Under the pieces are notes generated by a model, which made no database searches, was not told where the DNA came from, and saw nothing but the letters and a program-made list of their open reading frames with translations. Both the position numbers and the translations under genes were made by a program. A stretch of DNA of 64,000 nucleotides. It comes from Mobula hypostoma. Lineage: Eukaryota. The DNA lies in NCBI RefSeq assembly GCF_963921235.1, contig NC_086097.1, forward strand, positions 124,808,001 through 124,872,000. The letters run 5' to 3'. This document shows positions 53,960 to 64,000 of this stretch, piece after piece; within the stretch, counting starts at the first letter, position 1; each line of letters begins with the position of its first letter.

Positions 53960-54790
53960 TCACTTGCAAAGATGGTAAGAAGCATTGTACGATCACCCCA
54001 GAGAAGGAGCTTAATGTATTGACAAAATATGAAAACAGGCAAATATCAACTTTGATATTGTGTCCTCTGGATTTAGACATGACCATGGTGAGTACCATGG
54101 TGAAGGAAAAAGTAAAAAATGAAAGAACGTATCAATGCTAGAAAAGTTCTCTAGCACTTTATGCCTGTTGGTCTGGATTTCCAGCATCTCCACAGCCTCT
54201 TGTATTTATGAAAGGACATATGAAGGCGCAGCACCAATAGGATCCACCGTGATTACAAAACAATAGTTTGGAGCATTTTCAGAAACAGAAAAACTATTAA
54301 CTCTGTGGATTGAGAATCAAAATGCAGTAAGTGATATGTTGTTTTAGCTCATGATGATCCAAAATAAGGATGAAGTCTTAATGAAGGTTTCAAACCTAAG
54401 TGGGTAAAGGGGAATTTTGTGGTGGTTTCATGGGTATGAACCTGCATGAATTTGCATAACGTGAAAGTGAATGTAGTGATGAGGAAGAAGTCAGACAATT
54501 TCCAGAAGATGGAACTAACGTGTGAGTGTATTTACCTGAGGAAGTGTTTAAATATAACAGGAGTGGTTTATTTTGAAAGAAAATGACTGATTGCATGTAG
54601 ATCTCAATGTAGAAGAATCCACGCTCAGGTTTAAAGCAGCCAAGGATTGTTTAATCCTGTTGCATTGGTGACTGCGAGTGTAGAGCCCTTGAAAATTCTT
54701 AAGCATTGAAAGAATAGTAAGAGCTCTTTTCCTTTTGTATCAGTGTCAAAATGAGGGGCTTGGGTTCCTATTGCCATAGTTAGGGCCTGG
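53960..54790 (+). mobile_element. Tigger/pogo-like transposase fossil
   Basis: Fragments KKHCTITPEKELNVLTKYE (CENP-B-type HTH), ETEKLLTLWIENQN, YLPEEVF...GLF*KKM and FKAAKD. Many stops; interrupted near 54140-54210 by a Penelope-tail fragment. Confidence 0.7.
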
Positions 54791-55507
54791 TTCAGAATCA
54801 GAATCGTTTATTATCACTGATATATGTCATGAAATTTGTTGCTTTGTGAGAGCTGTACAGTGCAATTCATAAAAAAATAAATTATAATAAATACATAAAA
54901 AGTAAGTAGTGTAATAAGAGAGCAAAAGTAGTGAGACAGTGTTTGTGGGTTCATGGATCAATCAAAAATCTGACCGCTGAAGGGGAAGAAGCTGTTCCTA
55001 AAATGTTGAGGATATGTCCTCAGGCTCCTGTACCTCACCCCTGACTAATGAGAAGAAGGCATGTCATAGGTGGTTGCAGGGGGTCATAAAAATGGATGCT
55101 TCTTCCTGAGGCATCATCTTTTGAAGATGTCCTCAATGGTGAGGATGCTAATGCCCACAATGGAGCCATTTATCTACCTATTTGCACTTTCTCTGTGCCT
55201 GTAACCCTATATTTTGCATTCTGCTTTTTTCCCCACTTTTTGCACTACCTCAGTGAATTTATATACAGAAATGGTCTTGCAAACAAAACTAAAAAATTAG
55301 CATGGGTTGGCCAATCCTTGTGAAATTTTAATGTAATCAAACTTTTAAGGGGAGACGTATAATCCTATCTGTGTGGTGTAAAGTATTTCAGACCTTATTA
55401 AAAGTTTCTTCTCCTAGGCTGTTCATCTGATCAACCACTCTAGTTATCCCCTACCCCCTCTATCTATTATCTCAGCCGTTGCACTACACTGTAAACTCTT
55501 TAAACCA

Positions 55508-55797
55508 CATAGTCTCAATATTTGGGGGAGTATGTTTAAGATGGAGATGAGGAGGAACTGCTTTTCCCAGAGAGTGGTGAATCTGTGGAATTCTCTGCCC
55601 AATGAAGCAGTGGAGGCTATCTCAGAAAACATATTTAAGACAAGGTTGGATAGATTTTTGCATAGTAGGGGAATTGAGGATTATGGGGAAAAGGCAGGTA
55701 GTCCATGGCCAGATCAGCCACGATCTATTGAATGGTGGAGCAGTCTCGACGGGCCAGATGGCCAACTCCTGCTCCTGTTTCTTATGTTCTTGTGTTC
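55508..55797 (+). mobile_element. CR1 LINE 3' end
   Basis: Peptide EMRRNCFSQRVVNLWNSLP plus tail. Confidence 0.8.
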
Positions 55798-55819
55798 TTT
55801 TTGTAATGCGGTTTACATA

Positions 55820-56362
55820 TGCATTGGCCACTCTATTAGGTACAGCTGTACACCTGCTCATTAATGCAAACATCTAATCAGCCAATCATGAGGCTGCAAT
55901 TCAATACATAAAAGCATGCAGACATGGTCAAGAGGTTCAGCTGTTGTTCGGACCACATATCAGAATGGGGAAGAAATGTGATCTAAGTGACTTTGACCAT
56001 GGAGTGATTGCTGATGCCAGATGGGGTGGTTTGAGTATCACAGAATCTCCTGGCATTTTAACACACAACAGTCTGTAGAGTTCACAGAGAATGGTGCAAA
56101 AAAACAAAAAAAAAAGCCGGAGGGCAGCAGTTCTGTGGGTGAAAATACTTTCATTACGAGAGAGAGCAGTGGAGAACAGCCATACTGGTTCAAGGTGACA
56201 GTAGCTGAAAATAATCCACATGTTGCAAAAGTGAGCGTCTTTGAATACACATGTCAAATCTTGACGTGAATGGGCTATAGTAGCAGAAAACCAAGAACAT
56301 ACTGTATACTAGGTGGCCACCTTATTAGATACAGGAATACCTAATAAAGTGGCCACTGAGTA
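55820..56362 (+). mobile_element. Tc1-derived non-autonomous element, same family
   Basis: TGGCCACTCTATTAGGTAC ... TACCTAATAAAGTGGCCACTGAGT. Internal peptide MGKKCDLSDFDHGVIADAR, a Tc1 HTH start. Confidence 0.8.
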
Positions 56363-58949
56363 TATTGTAAATGCATGCTGGTATTTACGCATATTTTATA
56401 CCTATCTGTACTGTAACTTCTAACTTTATCTGTTATAAAATTCTTTTTTTGTTGTAATTGTTGAATGGTGTTTTTGTGATGTGTCATGACAACGTGCCAC
56501 AGCAAATTCCTAATACATGTAAATGTACATGGTGCATGAAATTGTTCCTTGATTAAAATGAATTTCTAAAACATAACCTTCTCAGGTTGTAGTATTATAA
56601 GAGAGGACAAACAAATTAAGTTTTACTGAAACTGAAGATAGAAAATGAGGGTAACACTCAACAGGTCTGGCAGCATCTGCGGAAAGAGTAAGATTGGAAC
56701 ATTTCAGGTCCAGGGCCCTTCATCACACCAGATGTTGCTTGACCTGCTGAGTATTTCCAACATTATATGTTTTAAATCTGTATTTCCAGTATCTGCAGCT
56801 TTTGAAAGCTTTCCTTTTAAGTTATTTCACAGGTGACACAGTGGGCCCAGCCAGTAGAGCCATTGTCTCATAGCACTAAAGACCAGGTTCAATCCTGACC
56901 TTGGGTGTTTGTCTGTGTGAAGTCTGCACCTCCTCCTTTTGACTGAATGAGTTTCCTCTGGTTGCTCCAATATACAGAACATTACAGCGCAGTACAGGCC
57001 CTTCAGCCCGTGATGTTCTACCACCCCCCTCTGCACCCTCTCCAAAGCTTCCAGGTCCTTCCTATTATGAGGAAACCAGAACCGAACACAATACTTCAAA
57101 TATGGTCTGACTAGAGCTGCAACACTATCTCACAGCTTTTGAACTCACTCTTCAGACTAATAAAGGCCAGCACATCATACACCTCCTTAACGACCCTATC
57201 AACCCTACCTCCTCCCTCATATTAAAGAGGTGGGAGATTGCTGTCTTTGTGTATGGACCGGTAGAATCTATGGGGGAGCTGCTGAGAACATGGGGAGGAA
57301 AAAAGATGGAATGAATATGGGATTAAAGCAAATGGCTGATTGATGCTTGGTACGGATGTAGTGGACCCAAACGTCTGTCTGCATGCCTTGTCTCTCTATG
57401 ACTCTCTGCATAATCCTGATCTTTATAACTTCACTCACCTCAACTCTGAACTGATTCCACAACCTATGGACTCATTTTCAAGGACTCCACAACCTACGTT
57501 CTCAATATTATTGATTTATATATTCATTCATTTATCTATCTACCTATGCATTTATTTATTTATTTCAAACACAAGAAAATCTGTAGATACTGGGGATCCA
57601 AAGCAATACACACAACACGCTGGAGGAACTCAGCAGGCCAGACAGCATCAATGATGAAGGGTCTCAGCCCAAAACGTCGACTGTTTACTCTTTTCCATTG
57701 ATACTGCCTGGCCTGCTGAGTCCCTCCAGCATTTTGTGTGTGTTATTTATTGACTTGCACAGTTCGTCTTCTTTTGCACATTGGTTGTTTGTCAATCTTT
57801 GCAGTTTTTCATTGATTCTATTGTATTTTCTTTGCTCTACTGTGAATGCCTGCAAGGAAATGAGTTTCAAGGTAGTATATAGGGACATATACATAATTTG
57901 GCGATAAATTAACTCTGAACTTCGAACTTAAAAAATCTAATTATCAGCCTTTGTAGCACACTTGCCTTTGTGAGTAAAAATGTTGCAGGTTCCAGTCAAG
58001 ACACATCAGAAGAAATCACTGCTCCCACACTGGAGTGCTACATTGTCAGACATCCCTTTAATTCTGATGAAATGTTAAATCCAGTCAAGATTTCACTGCT
58101 GCGATCTCCATCGAGATCGTGGCTCAGATTTTGCTGTTTGTAGGAATGGTTTAGGGAGCAGAGAGGGGAGTTAGCAGTCAGGCTGGGGTCTTATGATAGA
58201 GTTGTGGTGGAGGTAGAGGTCAGATCTTCGCTCTGTGTTCGAAGCCCAGTGATGTGGGCGTGTGATGGAGGAAATCCAGAGTCCAGACCTCTGCTCCGTG
58301 CTCGAGGCCAGTGATATGGACATGGGGATAAAGGACATCTGCAAATATCAGGCTGCCTAAGGTTGGCAGGTCCCAGGATCTACAGTGAGTTTGTATAAGC
58401 AGGAGGGCTGAGGGCTGGTCAGTTGAGCCTGGAGTTCAGGGTCTCATCAGCAGCTAAGCCGCTGGTCAATACCGAAGACTGAAACCCTAAAGTTGATTGG
58501 AGATTTGGAAGTCAAAGCCCGATGGCTGAAGCCTGGAGTCTGGAGACTGGAGACCTGACAGGCAGACTGTCTGTGTTTGTGTGTGTGAGTGGGTGGGGAA
58601 AAATGGCTTGTTTTGTTGTTGTGTTCTGTTGTGTGTCCTGCTTTGTTCTACTGAGCGTTGTCTGCCTGCTGTGTTGGTGCCAAAATGTTTGCCAGCCCAT
58701 CTTTAGGTCTGTTGGCAATGAACACAAATCATTTCACTGTATGGTTCGATGTACATGTGATTAATAGGTGAATCAGAATCTGAAGACTCCACAGCACAGT
58801 TTCAAAGCACAGTGAAGATATCTCTGGTATGCTTATTGATGCCTTCAAACAGATTGTTACACTGGTGTTCACATATACTTGTCCTACCCCTATGTTCTTC
58901 TGCATTAAGCCTATAATTTCATGCCCTATCCACTTAAACTGTTAGGATC

Positions 58950-59288
58950 TTAATGCCTGCAGGCGGCTCTCCTGTCTGTGCTGCTCTCCAGTGTTCACTC
59001 TCTGGAAGATAGGTTGATTTGGCTTCATCTATGGCTGACCCAGCGTGAGATGGGGAACTGCTGCCTACTTGTTCTTGCAGCAGCATGACTTGAGGACAAC
59101 ATCCCATGCACTATCAATCTCCAGGTCATGCCACTCAGGGACGTGCGCTCATGTTATTTTGTGGTGTTGTAACTACATGTACTGTATGTGACTGTATGTA
59201 TTGTATTTTACACCTTGGCACCAGAGGTGTGATGTTTCATTTAGCTGTATACATGTGTATGGTTGAATGACAATTAAACTTGAACTTG
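58950..59288 (+). mobile_element. Internally deleted LINE derivative (endonuclease start joined to 3' tail)
   Basis: Decayed peptide LLSSVHSLEDRL...QREMGNCCLLVLAAA*LEDNI resembles an APE N-terminus (..NVRSLENK..ETWL). It is followed within ~150 bp by a GAATGACAATTAAACTTGAACTTG tail like that at 35586-35627. Confidence 0.5.
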
Positions 59289-59717
59289 TAAAGTCCAGAA
59301 CTTTAATGAAGTAAACAAGAGATGTGCATTCTTTTATTTAGTTCTTTTGATTTATAGCATGGTAACAGGTTATTCCAGCTCAGTGAACACTCAAAAGAAA
59401 ACCACGCTGTCATCGAGAGAACATACAAACTCTGATAGGCAGTGGGGTGGGGTTATTCTACAACCTCATGTGGAGTATGTTGATGGGCCAATATGCTACG
59501 TAAACCAGATGGGGACTAATAATGTAAAATAACTCTTTCACAAAATCCAATTGTTTGGTAAAGAACTTTGTCAGTTAGGTATGAATTCAAATTTAATTAA
59601 ATTGATTTGAGACTAACTTGACTCAGATCAAGATCAGTTGTGACTTTTAACAGATCTCATGTAACATCACGTGGACTTAGAACACCTTCGGTTCACTTGC
59701 TTGGAGTTACTTTGCTT

Positions 59718-59760
59718 TGAGAGAGAGAGAGAGAGAGAGAGAGAAATAGAGATAGAGATA
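59718..59760. repeat. (GA)n microsatellite
   Basis: Directly visible. Confidence 0.9.
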
Positions 59761-59963
59761 CATTTTATATGATCATAAAATTTTCAGGAAGTTTTATTCA
59801 TCCATTGGTAGAATTTTTGTAGCATTTTGATGGCATTTCCAGTAGCATGCTGTTTATTTAATATTGCAACATTTAAATGAATTAATCATAACTGTCATTA
59901 AACAAACGTATTATCAATTAAAATATTATAATTTATACATTATATTATAATCACTATAAATTG

Positions 59964-60441
59964 CACTTAGTGGCCACTTTGTTAGGTACAACCTCTACCT
60001 AACAAAGTAGCCACTGTGTATGTTCGTGACCTTCTGCTGCTGTAGCCCATCCACTCCAAGGTTTGACGCGTTGCTTATTCAGAGATGATCTTTTGCGCAC
60101 CACTGTTGAGAGGCATGTTTATTTGAGTTACTGTCGCCTTTACTGGATATTTTTTGCATGATTCTCTCTGTAAACTTTAGAGACTGTTCTGCATGAAAAT
60201 CTCAGGAGATCAGCAGCTTCTAAGATACTCAGACTACCCCATCTGGCACCAACGATCATCTGTTAAAGTCACTTGTATCACATTCCTTCCCCATTCTGAT
60301 GTATGGTCTGAACAACCTCTGAACCTCTTGACCATGTCTGCATACTTTTATGTGTTGAGTTGTTGCCACATGATTGGTTAATTAGATATTTGCAATATTG
60401 AGCAGGTGTACAGGGGTACCTAATAAAGTGGCCATTGAGTG
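59964..60441 (-). mobile_element. Tc1-derived non-autonomous element
   Basis: TIRs CACTTAGTGGCCACTTTGTTAGGTAC / GTACCTAATAAAGTGGCCATTGAGTG followed by TA. Internal remnant of a Tc1 transposase N-terminus. Confidence 0.8.
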
Positions 60442-60520
60442 TATTGCTAGATTTACCCAGAGGAAACTAATGCAATTCAGAAATCAATACCAATAAAGAC
60501 TAATTTTCCAAATTAGTAAT

Positions 60521-61294
60521 TGTGAAACCCTGTTGGCCAGAAAGAACTACAATCAGTAAACAGGAATCAAGGCAGCCATTTTGTGAGACTGTCCTAGCAG
60601 CTACCATTTTGTGAATTGTTTGATGAACTGATTCTTCCTCTGGAATAACTTAATCAGACCAATTGAATGTGGACACAAGGACTTTCCGCTGATGATCTAT
60701 CAAACCTGTGACCATTCTCAGATAAGAAGCTGTTTATTGTGTAAAGTGGCAGGAGTAATCTCCTTGTCTGGGTGCCTCACTTTGACTGGTTTGAACCGGT
60801 TAGAGTTGAATAGAACAAAATAAGTTACCTAAAGCACAAAATTGAATGTGAAGGCAATATTGCTTTTAGAACTGGTGCCATCCAAAGGGAAGCTGACACA
60901 GGCCAGTCAGATGACCTCAAGCCAATGAAACTGAAACATCGGACATTGATCTGATAAGGGAAGGAATAAGAATGAAGGATTTTGAGAGCGTAGGCAGTGA
61001 CAGCCCTCTGCAGACCAGCCATTGCGAATGTGGAGGACCCCAGGTCGGGCACGTGAAGATCACTTCGGGATCACAAGGAATACCTGGCCAGCATAGGCTG
61101 CTTTCTCTGGGTGTTATCATTTCTCTTCTTTGACCCATGGAGGGTCAGGGAAGCCTAGCAGGAGAGCACACAGGTATTCAGTTGTGTATCTTCATGTACT
61201 TGCGAACTGGGGCCACTAAAGCTACTTGTCAGTAAATACGGATTCTCTCTGTGCCTAACTGATTCATTATTATTGAGAGGTGATCCTTGTAACA
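60521..61294 (+). mobile_element. Possible solo LTR
   Basis: TGTGAAA...TGTAACA ends and an AGTAAA signal ~60 nt from the end. No TSD found. Confidence 0.3.
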
Positions 61295-62984
61295 ACCCCT
61301 TGCATCCAGCATGATCCACTAATAGCTAACTAAGACTCAAAGTAAGTGAAGAGCTGCAATAAGCATCATTTGGATTTCATCAACAAGAAATGGAACCCCT
61401 AAAACAAACAAATAAATCAGACACCAGTGGTCAAGTTGAATAAAAAGTGTGTTTAAGCTTGTAGAAATTAGAAGAGCTTAGGCCATGCTTTTGTATTTTA
61501 CAGTAGATATTTTATTAGATTCTTTGTCAACAGCTTTGTAAATAAATAAGTTACTTTTGTAGATAAATTATGTGCCTGTCAGATTCTGATTAATTAATTT
61601 ATCACATATACATTGAAACATACAGTAAAATGTTTATTTTGCATTAACAACCAAAACAACCCAAGGGTGTGCTGGGGGCAGCCCACATGTGTTGCGATAT
61701 ATTCCAGCGCCAAAATAAATGTGCCCACAATGTTTATTAGAACAACACAAGCAACAATGACAACAAAAACAAAGGAACAGAACAAGCAATAGAACACACA
61801 ACAGCATAATAAGGTTCCTTCTTCCCTCCCACATAACCACCCATCCACACACCTATTCACAGACACAGACAGTCTTCCAACCCCTAGATAGGCCACTGGG
61901 CCTCCAGCCTCCAGTGGATTTGCAGACTCACAGATAAAGGGCCTCTGACTTCACCAGTGGACTCTCAGACCCGTGACCTAGGGCTTCAGCCATTGGGCTT
62001 TAACTTCCGGGCATTCGATTGACCTTTGGGCTTTGATCTTCATATTAACTAGCCAAACTCCAAGTCTTGAACTCCGAACTTGCTGACATGTGTACCCCGG
62101 GGGTCCTTGGCCTTCATGACTCCTGCTTGCACGGATGTCCATCTGTTGCTTGGACCTGCTAACCTGAAGGGACTCGCTGACCTGGGAGACCCAGGTCTCA
62201 ATGGTCGCTCTCAATGGACCCCACCCTCAGCACTTGTCAGCCCAAAACCCACAGATGTCCTTAGTCCACCCGTTAATGTGGCTGGTCTTTGAGCTGTCCT
62301 CTTTTAGTTACAATTTGTTGTGATTATACCAAGGTACCTAGTAATGAGGGATATTAACAGAGATTAGTGGTTACTGGCACCATTGTGTTTTGAAGTTTAT
62401 TCTTCTTACCGGAATGAGAACTTTACTTTGAACTAACAAATTTATGATTTATTTAAAATTCATGAATAAACATATCTAGAGTAACACAGTAGAACGTACA
62501 ATCCCTAAAACACCTGCATCCTTTCACTTTTTCTCAAGATATAACCATTTTAAGATTTTAAATAGCCAAATAAAGATGTTCTGAATCCTGATGAAGGGTC
62601 TGAACCACGATGGAATGGCAGGGCAGACTCAATTGGCCAGTGGCCTAATTCTGCTCCTATGTCTTATGGTCTTGGCCTGAAATGTCAACTGTCTATCCTT
62701 CTCGAAAGATGCTGCCTGGCCTGCCAACTTCCTCCAGCAGGTCAGGATCTGCGTTGTGCTGCTAAAGATTTTACTTCTCATATTTGCACTTTGGCCCAAA
62801 TCAGTTTCAGGTTGGGTGGAAACTTTCATAAGTGGGTTTCAGCCACAAGCCCCAGCGCTTAAACATTCATTGTGGAAGGGCCGGGAACAGACGCTACCTG
62901 ATCTGAAGAGTATTTCCACTCCAGAGACAGACATCACTTTCACACTGTTAAAATGCAACCAATTTCATCACTATTACCATTTAT

Positions 62985-63240
62985 AGCGGAGATGAGGACT
63001 AATTTCTTTTGCCAGAAGGTGGTGAATCTGTGGAATTCATTGCTGCAGAAGGCTGTGGAGACAAGTAATTGGTATTTTTAAAGCGGAGGTTGATAGGTTC
63101 TTGATTAGTAAGGGCGCCAAAGGCTACAGGGAGAAGGCAGGAGGATAGGATACTGAGGGGTAATAAATCAGCCGCAATGGAATGGCGGAGAGATATGACG
63201 GGTCGAGTAGCCTGATCTTGCTCCTATGTCTTGTGGTCTA
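62985..63240 (+). mobile_element. CR1 LINE 3' end
   Basis: GAGATGAGGACTAATTTCTTTTGCCAGAAGGTGGTGAATCTGTGGAATTC through to the CR1 tail. Confidence 0.8.
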
Positions 63241-63397
63241 AAACCTTGATATTGGGTTTTGCTGCTGCGTTTGGATGGATCAAGGAAACTGTTCAGTGGA
63301 ATAACAGCAGGTCAGGAACTAAAGAAACAAATATAAAGAAGCACAAGTAAGCTATCCATCTCTTTGAGCCTGCAGTGCCATTCGTAGATCAGGTAGA

Positions 63398-63697
63398 TAT
63401 ATTAGCTTTATTGGTTGCATATACTGTACATTAACACACAGTGAAATGCGCTGTTTTGCATCAAGTCAAATCAGCGAGTATTGTGCTGGGGGCAGCGTGC
63501 AAGTGTCAGCACCCTTCCACCATAGCATGTCCACAACTCACTAACTCCACTCACACGTCTTCAGATTGTGGGGGGAACCCAGAGCATCTGGGGGAAACCC
63601 ACACAGTCTCTGGGAGAACATACAGATTCCTAACAGACAGCGGTGGGAATCAAACCCTGATCTTACAGCCGGCGCGGTAAAGCATTGCTCTAACCAT
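63398..63697 (-). mobile_element. V-domain SINE
   Basis: TGTGGGGGGAACCCAGAGCATCTGGGGGAAACCCACACAGTC is the reverse-complemented V domain. Confidence 0.75.
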
Positions 63698-64000
63698 ATA
63701 TACTACCCATTCAAAGTCAAATTAAGTTTATTAGCAAAGCGCATGGCACCATATCCCACCCTGAGATTCAACTTCTTGCAGGCATTTACAGGAAAAATAA
63801 AGAAATACGGTAGAATTTAAGAAAAACTATACATAAACAAAGACTGACGAACAACCAAGTATGTAATAAGAAAAATTGTTCAAATAAACGAGTCCATAGG
63901 TTGTGGAGTCAGTTCAGAGTTGAGGTGAGTGAAGTTATCCACGCTGGGTCAGAATCCTGATGGTTGTAGATTCAACAGGATCATGGGTTATCTTCTTCCT

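Overview
Eukaryotic, repeat-rich vertebrate DNA. The repeat set (CR1 and Rex1/Babar-like LINEs, V-domain tRNA SINEs, Penelope-like elements) suggests a cartilaginous fish, probably a ray; this is inference. One host gene is visible: the 5' half of a 14-3-3 gene (zeta/beta group) on the minus strand. It has a CpG-island promoter (~22.5 kb), a probable non-coding exon 1, coding exon 2 (21633-21340), a 15.3-kb intron and a 124-nt exon 3 (6008-5885) that the ORF track misses. I found no later exons, so they probably lie left of the window. I recognised no host exons in 23-64 kb. Highlights: (1) a young, 5'-truncated Penelope-like element (RT + GIY-YIG) with an exact 12-bp TSD and a minimal hammerhead ribozyme motif in its 3' end; (2) many dispersed and fold-back derivatives carrying that motif, one intact copy in sense in the 14-3-3 intron; (3) a 275-bp, ~98%-identical intronic inverted duplication; (4) an X-box/CRE/inverted-CCAAT promoter module; (5) Chapaev3-, Tigger- and Tc1-like transposon fossils; (6) a 1.3-kb (CA)n tract. 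Repeat boundaries are approximate unless a TSD or TIR is quoted.
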